DNA from: the human T2T-CHM13v2.0 reference genome, Homo sapiens
Assembly: GCF_009914755.1 (NCBI RefSeq)
Contig: NC_060933.1
Reading direction: 5' to 3' (one strand)
DNA length: 64,000 nt
The stretch's first letter is position 1. Each line of letters opens with the position of its first letter. Below the pieces are notes generated by a model, which saw only the letters and a program-made list of their open reading frames with translations, was not told where the DNA came from and ran no database searches. The position numbers and the translations under genes are program-made. Positions 13,801 to 29,700 of the stretch are shown here, in pieces.

Positions 13801-16189
13801 TATTTTTACTATGATAATAGAATTTGTGCAGCCTAAACGTAAGATACGGAGGGTTATATATCTCTACCTAGCCATCTCAGAGGTCAAGACCAGCTCTGGG
13901 ACACTTAATGAGATTTCTCTCTATTATGAAAGAGCTTGCAGGCAGAGGGGAACATTGTCAGGCAAAGCCAGAGACTATCAACAACGATTGACCAAATGAT
14001 AACCCCCTAAAGATGACTGGAGTAAAGAAAGCAGGGAAATCCAGATTTCAGTCTCCAGTACTGGCAAGGAGCGGCAGTAATTTTTTTTCCTAATAAATCC
14101 ATTTACAAAGCATCTGGTCTCATTCAATGAGGGCTTACTATATAAAGACACAAGCTTAAATCTCATTTAACCCCTCGACATTATTAGCTTCACTTTATCG
14201 ATGAGAAAAGGTCTAGAAAGTGTCTAAAGCAGTTCCTTAAATCTGTTTGCATCTATATCCAAAGCCCAGGTTGTAACCACTTTATATGTTCCCCCTCCTC
14301 AGTAATTGTTACCCCAACAAATGTTCTCTTGAACTCCTTATCAAAATAAGCAAAGACAAGTCATTTGTAAGGTGACACTCAGGCATGTTAGAATAAGGCT
14401 TCAAACTCTTGAAACAATCTTGGATTACAGAATGTGAAGCTCCTTCTCTTAAGAGACAAATTACAAACAAGAAGTTGAGAAGCCATTGGAAATTCACTCA
14501 AGAGCTCAGGTGACTTCTCAGTTCACATGAGTCTGATTTATCTCTTCGTTTAAGAAGTACCATTTTTAATGATAATTCAGGATGTCAGGCAGAGCCAGAT
14601 AAGTTGCTTCCCAACTGGAGGCCTCCATTAAGAATCTGCACCAACCATTAAGAATCTGTTCGACCAACTTGAACTCATGCTTGAACCTTGCCTTTCTCTC
14701 CACTCTTATCCCAGTGCACCTGTCTGCTGACCAGGACCCTGCAGACCTTGCCCCCATGTTTCCTTTATGAAGGGCACACAGGACAGGTGCCCTATTGTTC
14801 CTCATCTAACTCTGATCCTGACTGTCCCAGTTCCACCCCCACCCAGGTAATGACTTCTGAGACATTCAGATACTATTTAGTAGTACTTCTTGGCTCTACA
14901 TTTTACTGCATGCTCTTTGACACCCTGCGACACCTCCCTGTGTGCTATCCTATGTTCACATCTGCTTAGGTTATCTGATCTAGCTGCCAATCTGAGATAG
15001 GACTTTTTCCCTTCATGCTTAGCCTAGTGCTCTATCTGTATTCTCTACAGTTTCTGGCTTCAGATTGGAGGCCCGATTATATACTCTGTCCCAGGGGCAG
15101 CAGATGTTTTCAAATGCCTGGGGGCTAACATTTAGCAAGGAATTTGTACGCAAAGTAGGAACGCAAGATGACATCAGCAGAGCCTGGTAAATCAGCCCAC
15201 TATTGTCTGGAGCACTTAAGGAAATGAAATCCCCGCAGGCTTCCGATTTTCCTTCTTAATTAGCCTCCTCCATTCCCTTAGGCATTTGTTTCCTTAGCAG
15301 GATCCTACCCCATAAACTTTCCTTTGCCCCAGCTCACAGGTGTTAAGTAAATACGTGGGAGCAATTACCCATAGCTTCACAGGGCTTTTTTTTTTTTTTT
15401 TTTTTTTTGTAGTCCACTACAGGGCCCCCGGCCTGCCAGCTTCTGTTAATCCTAATTGGAGCGCTTGTGTCACACTTTCTGCCTAGAGGAGAGGATTTTA
15501 GCAGTGCTGCTCTGCCTGCCTGGGGCTCCTGCCTTTAGAGTATTCAAAGAACCTCTATAAATGTGCATTTATTCTTAGCAAGTCTCCCAGAGGACCAGCA
15601 GTAGTTTGTTTTACACATGTGAAAGGACTTGTTGTCCCATGATCTCTAGGTGTTCTGAAATGGAGGGGTCAAAGGGCAAACCAAATAAACCCACAACAAT
15701 ATTAATCCCATTGTTGAAACTCGGATTTAGGCAACTCGAAGTCCTGATCGAATGGAGCCAATGTTAAATTTGGAGATAAATGTTACAAATCTCACCACCA
15801 GGTTCAAGTTTAAAATCCCACATAAGAAAATAACACCGAAATCTGGTGATTATAAGGTCTCGATGTTTCCATCACAACAGCCTTTTGCTCCCTTGAACTT
15901 AACATCATGAATGGCTTGATGGCTCTGGCAGGTCTGATCACTGTGTTAATTTTTTTAAAGAAGAAAATGCGGAAAGTTAAGAGAGAAGTGGGGAGAGAGA
16001 AGAATCTTTTGACTTCTCTATTAGGAAACCTGAATCTTTATTTCTATAGTCGAATTACGCTTGTGGGTAAAACACTGCTAGTCAAATTTCTGTTAGACAT
16101 GAAACGCAGTGCTATCACTAAGATGTTTGTTTTATTCAGGTTGGATGAGGCTAAGAATTCATTCATTTGTTTATTCAATATGTACAGGG

Positions 16190-16320
16190 GTTGAGATGAA
16201 CATACAATTTATTATCCAGAGACAATTTAAAGAGTATAAGGGGTGCTGTATTCATTCCACCAAGACAACAGACTCATAACAGGACGTCTCTGAACAAAAC
16301 GAGACGTATGGCCACCTTAT
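16190..16320. mobile_element. MER94-like DNA transposon
   Basis: Terminal 'gacgtatggccacctta' resembles the MER94 TIR. Confidence 0.45.
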
Positions 16321-16767
16321 TATTGAGCACTTTCTATATACCAGGAAGTATACTGCCTTGTGTAAAAACAGAAAATGCCTGTGGGGTTGGCAAGAGAAGC
16401 TGTTCTTCATTTCTAGGTCCAAAATCAGTGTTTAACTCCCACCTGCTCTCAAAAGAGCAAAAGGCTTTGTGAGCCTACTGGTTCTTTCAGGTGAAATAAA
16501 GATATGTGCTCAGGTCAATCACTGACTTTTGTGGCTTACAACAATTCTCTCTAAATAGGATCCAGTTTCATCTTCATATTTTTTTGAGAACAGGTTGAAT
16601 TTTTGAGCAGCACTTTTATATTCAGTTGCATTGATATATGATGACTAGAATAACGAGGCCTAATCTTAATAAAAAAAATTGCTCTCCCTTGAAAATGACA
16701 AAACTATCCTCTTACCATTCAAGGGAACATTACACAAGATAGTCAAGCAAGATGAAGTACAAAAAAG

Positions 16768-16768
<1 letters not shown>

Positions 16769-16803
<35 letters not shown>
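16769..16803. repeat. (GT)n microsatellite
   Basis: About 17 uninterrupted GT units. Confidence 0.97.
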
Positions 16804-16805
<2 letters not shown>

Positions 16806-17007
16806 CCCCAGTTTTAGAAAGAATGGAACATACTGGTTAACTCATGTATTCATAGAACAGTATTTATAGTTTAGAAATAAATTCTGCCCACATTACCATA
16901 ATTGATTCTTACAGCTGGCTTAAGTAGTTCTACTATCCTTATTTTACAGTAGAGAAAACTTACTGCAGCTAGACCAGCTAGACAATAAACAGGCACTTGA
17001 AGCTTCT

Positions 17008-17306
17008 TTTTGTCGTTGTTGTTGTTGAGACAGAGTCTTGCTCTATTGCCCAGGCTGGCGTGGAGTGGTGCGATCTTGGCCACTGCAACCTCCACCTCCC
17101 AGGTTCAAGCAATTCTCCTGCCTCAGCTCCTGAGAAAGTGGGATTACAGGTGCACACCACCACGCCCCGCTCATTTTTGTATTTTTAGTAGAGACGGGGT
17201 TTCGCCATGTTGGCCAGGCTCATCTTGAACTCCTGACCTCAGATGATCTGCTCGCCTCGGCCTCCCACAGTGCTGGAATTACAATCGTGAGCCACCATGC
17301 CCGGCC
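17008..17306 (-). mobile_element. AluS
   Basis: Full dimer with TSD 'gcacttgaagcttct' / 'gcatttgaagcttct'. Confidence 0.93.
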
Positions 17307-17449
17307 TGCATTTGAAGCTTCTAACTCTGATTCTGTTGTTCTTCTTGCAGTAAAACAATAGCTTGTTGTAGATGTTTAAGGAATATTTGTAAAGTAAAAA
17401 TAACCCCCAATACTTCCATCAAATTTAAAACTTTTCAAAGCATTTTCAC

Positions 17450-18420
17450 ATTTATTTATTCAATACACCTACAGAGACCACTATATGACATCCACAGAAT
17501 AGATGCTGGTGGTAAAAAGGTGAATAAAACTATTCCTAGGTATAAGGAACCCAAAATCTAGTGTATGAGACAGACAAGGAAATCAGTCTAGTTGAGTTGA
17601 TAATGGAAGTGAAGGACACACACAATATGCCACAAGCCACAGAAAAGCATCAAGTTCAGGCTGTGTGGACCAAAGAAGGCATCCCAAGGACATGATGCTT
17701 GCAAAAGAAACAGGAGTTTGCCAGAAGGACAAACTGCAGATGAGCTCATTACCTTGAGTCAGGAAACATCAGGCTACATTAAAGCAACAGCAAGTTGCTT
17801 CCGAATAGTTGTAGCAAAGGATGTGTTTTAGGATAAGATGCAGGATAAGGAGTGGGGCCTAGGATGGGAGGCTGGACTTTTGGGCTAAGGAGGTTGAATT
17901 TATCCTGTAGGTTTGGGGTGCCAACGAAAGCAGCAGTGGGTGGCATAGACAGAGCCATCTGGAGAAGCAAATGCAGAAGCAAATGGAGAAGGCTCAGTGA
18001 AAGATGGTTGGGATCTAAACTGAATAGAACGAAGACGAAAGCACAGCTAGAAAATGTGTAAGACACAGAGTCAGCAGGATTTGGTGTCTGGATTGGGGAG
18101 ATGAGAGGTGGGAAGAAAGCAGGTACAATTCCAAATTTTTCATTTGAGTAACTGGGTGATTAAGAGTTTCATGAACCAACCAGGTGTGGTGCCTCATGCC
18201 TATAATCCCAGCGTTTGAGAGGCTGAGGTGGGAGGATTGCTTGAAGCCAGGAGTTCAAAACCAGCCTGACCAACATGGCAGAGTAGTCAGGTGGCAAAAC
18301 CTACAGGGAACTGGCAATAAGCACCTGAAGCTTAGGAGAAAATTCTAGCAGTAGATAGGTTTGGGAACCATTCATATGTAGGCCTCAGGTGATGCAGAAA
18401 AAGAAGGCCATTCATCAAAC
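17450..18420 (-). mobile_element. Decayed L2 fragments, interrupted by a FLAM at about 18180-18283 (+)
   Basis: L2-like 'aatctagtg', 'gagtcagcaggatttggtg' and 'gagtaactgggtg'. Alu left monomer 'gcctataatcccagc...ccagcctgaccaacatgg'. Confidence 0.55.
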
Positions 18421-19089
18421 AGGGGAGCAGACTGGGGAGGGAGAGGAAAAAGATTCCAAACAATAGAAGGTTATTATAGTGGTTTTTCTTTTATTAGAAA
18501 GCAAATTTGTTGCAAATACGTATTTTGATCAAATAAAATGTAGCAAAAAACTTTTCCCTCACTTGGTTTTATTGGGAAATACACACATCCCTCCAACATT
18601 TTTTCCCTTAAGAAATAGACTGAGTCATATGTAGGGTTAGAGGAAGCCTTTCTTCTGTGATGTGAAGCTGATGAATGTGTGAAGACTTTTAATAGGAAGG
18701 GCTGCACTAGGGGACAGGTGGCATAATTCCAGCAGCCCCATAAGACTGACCTTCAAAGTATCCTGCCAGTTCCAACCCACCCTCTGAGATCATACCATTT
18801 CATTCAGCCTCTCCATTACTGGTATCTAAACAAACGATCGTTTCAACTTCCACCCACCCATATTCTCATCCAATATCAGATGTAGATGTCCCCATGGCTC
18901 TCAATAAAGCCAAAGAATGACTGAAATCTCTATTTAGCCCTGGGAAACAGGCCACGTAATAAGGAAGAGGGAGGTAACTTTCTTAAGTGTCCCACAGTGA
19001 AGTCACTTTTGGCTTGGTTCTGATGATATAAATGGCCTGAGTGACTGGATCTTATCATCCCTTCTTCTGACCTTTGTGACCCTGGGCAA

Positions 19090-20537
<1,448 letters not shown>

Positions 20538-21089
20538 AAAAAAAAAAAAAAAAAAAAAATCAGTCTTGTTTTGCAATGAAGGGTATTGGATGATGCACAA
20601 TTGTGTCATGTAAAATGGATTCACTTATTTACAAGTTCTCTAGGTATCCAGCTATCCATGAGAGAAACTGGTGAGTGGTTAATTGATTTTATATCATCTT
20701 TGCTACAGAATTCACTGGTGAATAGGGTTCCATGGAATTATATTCATTCTGTGGCTCAGATGAGATTTGGCCCTTTCCCATTGTATCTCAAGATACAGCG
20801 GACTGCTTTAGGCAGATTGTATTGAGTTGACTCTGTAGAATTTTTAATATTTGAAACACAAAATTCTAAATATCATCTATTTCAAAAGCAGAAAGAAAAA
20901 AATTGTAATATCTCTGCTTGTGTCATTTTAAACTCTGCTTATCTCAATCAATTTGTCACCAAGTCCCATAGATATGACTTTTAAAATAGCCCCCCATCTG
21001 TTTCCCTCCACCAATACTGATTGTCACTGCCCCCATTCAAACCGTTATAATTTCTGGCCCATTCTATGATCCACGTAAAAAACCTCTCA

Positions 21090-21632
<543 letters not shown>

Positions 21633-22159
21633 CAAGGTGCATTGTTATTAACATTTTAAAATCCATCACTCTACCATGTTTTACCATGCTCTCTTTTGCA
21701 TAATTCTACCAGCAAAGATTTTCTCTTGCTTCCCTTTCTTATAATTTATATCATGAAAGCAATAGACATGTTGGATTTTCTTCTTCAGACATCACAGGGT
21801 TCTGGCCAAGATTTTAAGGTATTCAGTACGGGGGCCAAACACTTCCCAGTTGAAACTCTGTCCTAACTGACATTTCTCCAGTTCCCCTATTACAACCCAT
21901 TCTTCCTACTACCCCCACACTCTCAAGTTCTTTTTCTAAAGCACAGAACTCACCTTAACAGCCCTTCAGTGGCCTGTTCTGGTGCATAAGATGAAGCCAA
22001 AGGCTTTCACAGAGCCCACAGTGCCTTGGTTAAGCTGACTCTGTCTTCGCCTTCTCATCACCAGCTGTGAGGCCAGCACGTGGCCTAGCGAACAGCAACG
22101 TTCCTGGGAAATCCGTGCTGGCTCACAGGCTTGCATCTGCTCCATCAGCATAAGCCTGC

Positions 22160-22632
22160 TGTGTTAGTTTTCCTAGGACCACTGTAACAAAGAACCACAC
22201 ATTTTCGATGGTGAAAACAACAGAAATTAATTCTCTCAGAGACCTGGGCCCAGAAATCTGAAATCAAAGTGTTGGCCTTGCTCCTTCCAAAAGTTCTAGC
22301 GAAGAATCCTTCCTTGCTGCTTCCAGCTCCCTGGTGGCTCCTGGTGTTCCTTGGCTTGTGGCTGCAAAGCTCCAATCTCTGCCTCCAGCTTCACCTGGAC
22401 TCATTCCCTGTGTTTCTTCTGTGTCCGTGTACCTCAAATTTCCCTTTCTTTTTTCCTTATAATAAGGACACCAGCCATTGGACTTAGGACCTGCCCTAAA
22501 CCAAGATGATCTCATCTTAAGATCCTTAATTATACCTGCAAAGTCTCTATTTCCAAATAAAGTTATATCCACAGGTACCTGGGGTTAAGACTCGGATGTA
22601 TCTTCTGGGGGAACACAATTCAACCTGCTACA
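22160..22632 (-). mobile_element. MLT1C-like MaLR solo LTR
   Basis: Runs 'tgtgttagttttcctagg...gtaacaaa' to 'cacaattcaacctgctaca', with TSD cctgc/cctga. Confidence 0.85.
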
Positions 22633-22645
22633 CCTGAAATAGTTG

Positions 22646-22944
<299 letters not shown>

Positions 22945-23667
22945 TGAAATGGGTTTGCTGTTATCCTTTGATACAGTTCAGAGATCAAAGCTTTGTGGGT
23001 GCTGAACGTGACACCTGGTAACAGCCGTTGAGCCAGCCCAGGGTATCATGGGGAGCAAAGTTTTCTGCCAGCTTTCTTGTTTCAGATTCGCTCAGCAATG
23101 TTTTTTGTTGGTTTTTGTCCCATGAAAGATTTGTTATTAAGGCAAATTATAGAAAAGAATAAATAATCACATCAATCTCATTACTCTCACATCTTTCTTC
23201 CCATATTTAGGTTAGATTTGTTGGGTTTTTTTGTTGTTTTAGTGGGTGAACTTACACTGGATATACAATTTGTATCCTGCTTCTCTCTTACAAACTCAAA
23301 ATTATTTCCTTTGTATTAATATGCTCACTTTAAATATGTTATCTTAACACATATTAAATGTAGTCTTTACATTTTTCAAAATTATACCTGCACATAACTT
23401 AAAGTTAATAAGGCTTGTGACAAAAAGAAAAGTAAATTACAAAACAAAAAACAAAACGACAATCTTTTGTACCATAGCTCGCTCCCATTTCTTGCTACCC
23501 AAAGACAACTACTTATTTCAGTGAATTATTTTATTTATTTCCATATATCTCAGTAGCATGTTTATAGCGATATTTCTTGATTTGTCAGTTTTAGACATTA
23601 TGTATTGGCTGGCTTGCTCCTCTGCGTAGACTACTTCTTTACCTCTTCCCCACTTCCACCATCCCCA

Positions 23668-23840
23668 AACACATACATGCATGTATGCACACACACATTC
23701 CCATGTACACTCACACATACCCATACACACATGCATATGTGTGCTCACTCACACATACAAACACATTCATATACATGTATATACATACACATATATACTC
23801 ACACACATATATGCACATACACATATACATGCACACACAC
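23668..23840. repeat. Degenerate (CA/TA)n low-complexity tract within old L1-like sequence
   Basis: 'acacatacatgcatgtatgcacacac...'. It explains the His/Thr-rich spurious ORFs. Confidence 0.9.
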
Positions 23841-24969
23841 ATCCTATCCCCTGATATTCCTGGCATGTTTAGATATTAATTTTGTTTAGCTCAATAGTCA
23901 ATATTCACATTGAACCCAGTTGGGCCAGCACTTTTGTTTTCTATGGTATTACTAATTACATTTTTATTTGCTTTGTTTTCTATACATTCATCACAAATGC
24001 ACCAAGTTCTTCTCCATTGCCTAAATCTCCTTTCAATATATTCTTTCACCCTAATAATTCCTTCTTTTGGAGCTGTCTCCTGGAGCTTGCTGACCTGTCT
24101 TCACTTGTTCGGTGGCTCCCTACACCTGCTAAGCGGCTGCCACCCTGGGATCTTCCTTGGCCTCACCCTGAGGATTCCCTTTGCCTCTGCCTTCCGGGGG
24201 ATCTCCTGTTTCATGGGTCACATGTCTTCTGTTTTGTTTACTCTCTCATTGTGGTGGAACATCTCCTCTCGTAGCTTCCTGACAAAGGATGTTTGGATGG
24301 TAAATTCCTAGAGACTCCAAATGTCTGAAAACATCTTCAGTCCATTGCATACTAACGATATTCTGACTGGGAATAGAATTCTAGGTGGAACATTTTTTTT
24401 TTTTTAGTATTTAAAAAAAAGATCCATAGATTTCTAGTCTCCTCTCTTGCTGTTGAGAAATCCAAAATCGTTCTCTGCTAACATCTCCCCACCATCCACC
24501 TCTACCTCCAAGCTTATAGGATTTTTCTGTCTGTCTCCAGGGTTTTGTAATTTCATAATGATGTACCAGCCAAGGGCCTGACAGGGAACCAACCATACTC
24601 TTAGATGGAATTTCTGGAGACTTTTTAATGAAGGAACTATGTACACAGACCACGATGAAAGGAACCCAAAGGAAGCTAGCAGCACCCTTTGACCTGAAGG
24701 TGCGGAGGAAAGAAATATCAGATTCTGGTTGTGAGCTGCTGCTCTGGATCATGGATTGCCCAACAGGAACTGAGCAGCAGCAGTTCTCCTTGCCAGGACT
24801 GTGCACAACTTTGTCATAGCCTGCATCATCTGGTTGTGGTGGTTGTGGTGAGAGCAAAATCATATTTATGTCCTCACTTACGTGATCTTCTCCAGTGAGA
24901 ACTTGGTGCTTGCCAGCTGTGTATTGGTCTCTGGCTTATCAGATCCTCTTCCCTAGATTCTCACAGAAT

Positions 24970-25007
<38 letters not shown>

Positions 25008-25028
25008 TGCTGAGGGACAGGGTATGCG

Positions 25029-25335
<307 letters not shown>

Positions 25336-25349
25336 TCATTCTTGCCATT

Positions 25350-25448
25350 TCTTTCTTCTTCTTTTATTATACTTTAAGTTCTGGGGTACATGTGCAGAAC
25401 GTGCAGTTTTCTTACGTAGGTATACATGTGCCATGATGGTTTGCTGTA
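25350..25448 (-). mobile_element. L1PA extreme 3' fragment
   Basis: 'ttatactttaagttctggggtacatgtgcagaacgtgcag'. Confidence 0.88.
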
Positions 25449-26949
25449 CAGAATGGGATAAATGTTTGATGTGGTTACAGGAAGGTGAGATAACTTAGTT
25501 GCTGGAACTTGGTGGGAGGAAATAGTTCAGTTAGCCAACAGGGAGGAACTACAGCTCTTGGCCCACTTTTCCAGGGCCCTGTGCAGGTGTCTGTTTGGCA
25601 AGAAGTAAACAGACAAGTGGAAGGCCTTAAAGGTAATCCTGCTAAGTAGGACACACATTGGCAGTCCTTGAAGGAAAATATCACTCACTCACAGGTCCCA
25701 GGATGGGCCAAGCCCAGTCCTGATAGGGCAGCTGCTGCCTTCTACAGTAGCATCATTGTATGAGCTAGAAAAATGTAGTCCCTTTGTAAAAGGTACTCCC
25801 TCTGTAGAGACAATAAAAAAGATGCTCCCTCTGCACAGACCCAGACTGTGGGGGCATGGCTTAGTGAGCAGAGCAGAGCGGAATGCTAACCACCGTTCAT
25901 TCCCTGGGCCAGACACCTTTTGTCAAATGGACAAACTTTACAACCATGTAAAGCAGCCCTCAGTCCTCATGTAGTGATTCTGACAAATTTTCCATGTATA
26001 GACCGTGGCTACAGTAGGGCATCATGACACTGGGGAAAAAGAAAGCTCTATTGTCATCATCCCAGAGCCAGCCCATCCCAGAGCAAAATAACAACAACAA
26101 ATTTGGGGAAACTAAAATCACAGAAAGATGAATGGTAACCAACTTAGCAGACTCAAGAAAGGTGAATCTTAAGCCAGCAACAGGGAAAAGCCAAAATGCC
26201 ACCAGAATTATACCATGAATTATATCATGCTCAGATGCAGCCTGTCCCATTTCTCTAGGATGTTCTTTATTTGGAAGCAAGCTTCATCTATGAGCATAAT
26301 TGCATTGTTCTCCAAGTAAGGCCAACGGAAGCCTGGAAGGGACTCTGCTAGCCATTTCTGTGGCTGTTAGAGCTGACTATGATGGTATAGGGAGCCCGTC
26401 CCGCATTTAGCTCCCTTTAATACCTTGGGCAGAGGTAGGATGGAGTAAGGGTGGTTTCATAGGACTAGAAGAAGGATATGGGTTTGAAAACTGTAAATGG
26501 GGCTGAAGAAGCTACAAATTTTGGCGTGGAAGAGTTCCAAGGCAAAGTAACCTCTGGCATCCCTTGGTATCCAGGTTTTCAGAAGTGTTGGATCAACAAG
26601 CCCATTATACTTCCCAGGAAGCCTGTGGCTGCAGGAACTTGGCAAAACATCAGTCCATGCCTCCTGCTGTTCCTCCTCCCATCCTCCTAGCACCTGAAAG
26701 AAAGGTTTTATAAGGATCTCATTTTCCTATTCCTGATAATTTAGCTTATCTAGGAATAAAGAATATCCAGAACAGCAGGTTGTAACTCCAGGTTCTGTGG
26801 GCAGCCCCTGTCATGGCGTTGAACTTAACAGCTTGTTGCAGCTCCGTATCAGTACTGGAGAAATTTTCAAGAAGTGAAGTGGAGAAGTGAAGACCTTTAC
26901 TTTCCCCAATACCTTAGTTGAGGCAGAGTCGACGAGAATCCATTGCATG

Positions 26950-28180
26950 GTCTATATACCAATTAGAATCCCTGAGACCTGATTTTTCGGAAGGTCCATA
27001 GGTAAAAAATGATTTTCATAAGAATACTAAGATATCATGCCTTTTTCACTGCATTGACTTTTGAACTAATGGTACAAAAGCAATATTGGGCAAAACTGCT
27101 GGCATAAATCAAGGCAGGACACCAAAATGTACTAAGAGACTAGCAGTCATTGTATTCTTTACTGCCACACATTCACAAGGGGAAAGCCAGTTTCACTTTC
27201 AGATGTCCGTGATGAAGCAGCAAAAAGTATTAATTTTATTAAATCTTATTACTTTTTAATATTCTGTATAATGAACTTGGCAGCATGCGTTAAAAAGCAT
27301 ACCAAAGTAACATATTCATTGAAGAAAAACACTTGTGTAATTTTGAGTAGCGAGCTGAACTAGCTTTTTTTTTTTTCATGGAACATGATTTTTTTTAACT
27401 TGAAAGAACAACTGAAAGACAAATATTCTTATCCAGATTTGGTTGTTTGACAGGCATCTTTCTTGAAAATTAAAAAAGCAAGACTATCACCTCAAGAAAA
27501 ACAACTGACAGTGTTTATTGCTAATTACAATATTTGAGCTTTCAAGCAAAAATCACAACTTTGGAAAAATTGTACCTGTACCATTGTACTTAAAGACATT
27601 TCTACCTTTAAGTTACTTAAATTGTTTTTCTGAGATTGGTGTTGATATAAATCTTTTTGATGTTTCAATGTTACATAATAAAATGTGTCAACATTTGAAA
27701 GATCTACATAACTCAGTGAATCAATACTCTAACATCATGAATGGATAAAAGGTCCATTCAAAGTACAAAATAGACCAATAGGTTGTTCACATAATTGAGT
27801 ATAAAAGCTCCTTGATACAGTTTCAGATTTCACCTTGCGACTAACCTTTAAGAAACTATCACATGTCATTTGGTATAGTGTCAAAGAAGAATATCTAAAA
27901 TTTTCTGAAATGGCTATAAAACACTCTCACTTTTCCAACTACTTTTATAAATCTCAGCCTAAACAATGTATCACAGCAGATTGAATACATAAGTAGATGT
28001 GAGAATCTAGCTGTCTATAAAGCCAGATATTACATTTGCAAAAACATAACACAATGCATTTCTTCTTTCCAAATTCTTTTGTCTTGGAAAATATAGTTAT
28101 TTTAAATTAAAATGTTATTCATGTTAAGATATACTAGGTTTAGTATAATTATTTTTAAATGAAGTAATACCCAATTAAAA
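26950..28180 (+). mobile_element. Charlie1a-like hAT DNA transposon relic
   Basis: 'ttttcataagaatactaagata', 'ggtacaaaagcaat...aaaactgctggc', 'gatgaagcagcaaaaagtattaattttattaaatct', 'cagcagattgaat...gagaatctagctgtct...aagccagatatt'. Confidence 0.82.
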
Positions 28181-28942
28181 TCTTGTTTTGGAAAATATAG
28201 AACCTCAAATTGGGATTTTAAGAATGAGAGGCAAGAGATCACCATGAGATTACAGTGAAATTTTTAAAAATACTCACAGCTCAGTAGAATATGAGGTATT
28301 TTAAATTTAATGTACTCTCATCAAATGACTAATTCACCAAGGAGGTTTTAAATGATGATAATTTCAGGCAGGAAGTTTAATAGCGCTGGGGACAGTGGTT
28401 TGGGCAATGATAGACCAATGAAGGAGATGATTTTTGGAGAGAGGCCCTGGAAATTTCATCTGTGTAGAGGACACCTATTTGTATCCATCTAATATGCAAA
28501 TATTCTTTTAGGGATTAATTAATATTCAGTATAAAAAGACAAATTACATATAAAATTTGAGTTTTTACAACTGTGTTGACAATTTTTTTCTTCTGATGTT
28601 TTTCTCTGTCTTTCATGGAGCTTGAAAATCAGTAATTCTTTTTCTAATATATTTTCAGTTTTCATGTTTGATTTCAAAACTTGGGTTATTGGACAGGGAG
28701 AAGCTTTAAAAAATGATTCTTCTGTTGTTTAATACAATTTTTTTAAAAGCAATCATTTTAGAAACTATTCCTAAAATCATATTTTATCAACAATAATTTC
28801 AAACATCTGTTGTACATATCTCAATTTAACTACTAAGAATTTAGCTATTTACTTTCCTTTATGCTTAGGTATTCTGAAATGGTTATAAGATTGCTTTAAA
28901 CTGTTTCAAACACAATCAGGTATTTGAAAATTAGCGCTTCAT

Positions 28943-29270
28943 GGCCAGGTGCAGTGGCTCACACCTGCAATCCCAGCACTTTGGGAGGCCAAGGCGGGAG
29001 GATCACTTGAGCCTGGGAGTTCGAGACTAGCCTGGGCAACATAGCAAAACCTTGTCTCTACAAAAAATACCAAAAAAAAAAAAAAAAAGCCAAATGTGGT
29101 GGTACACGCCTGTAGTCCCAACTACTTACGAGGCTGAGGCTAGAGGATCAATTGAGCCCAGGAGGTCGAGGCTGCAGTGAGCTGTAATCATGCCAGTGCA
29201 CTCTAGCACTCTGGCCTGGGGAAGAGAGAGACCCCATCTCTTAAAAACAAAAGAAAATAAAACAAAACAA
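28943..29270 (+). mobile_element. AluJ
   Basis: TSD 'aaaattagcgcttcat' / 'aaaattagtgctttat'. Confidence 0.92.
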
Positions 29271-29444
29271 AATTAGTGCTTTATGGCTTATGTATAGAGA
29301 GTTGGTTATATCTAGCATGAATTCTATAGGTATTTTTAAAGACAAATCAAGACATTTACAGTCCTGTAAATTTTAATATCCCTAAAAGCTTGGAATTGTA
29401 GTTATAGCTGCCACTTCACTTCAAAAGAACTGACAAACTAAAAA

Positions 29445-29700
29445 GAAGAGAGGAAGTCAGGGCTGGGCGCCATCTTGGGGAGACAGTCACAGGGGTTTGG
29501 GAAGCTTCAGAAGGCTAATAGCCCAGGGATGTTTCCACTTCCTGAGTTCCATCCTTATCTTTCCTGACTTCCAGGGGCTATAATTTGGAGGCTGCATTCC
29601 ACAAAAGAATCCTAAACCCCCGTGAAGTAACTGTGAAATGCCATGCCTTAGCATAGAGCTGAGGCCAGGGTAAACATATGGCCCAGGTAAGAATAGAGAA
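29445..29700. promoter_or_regulatory. Candidate cis-regulatory element (YY1/CTCF-like plus ETS motifs)
   Basis: 'gcgccatcttgggg' at 29467-29480 and 'aggaagt' and 'cacttcctg', in a locally GC-richer unique patch. Motif evidence only. Confidence 0.35.

Noticed and set aside
23518-24311. His/Thr-rich and hydrophobic ORFs
   Set aside because: They are products of a (CA/TA)n tract and T-rich decayed L1-like sequence.
25450-26900. GC-richer unique block with several overlapping ORFs as a coding exon or processed pseudogene
   Set aside because: No recognisable protein similarity, poly(A)/TSD or convincing splice pair. It may be regulatory, but I cannot support that from sequence alone.
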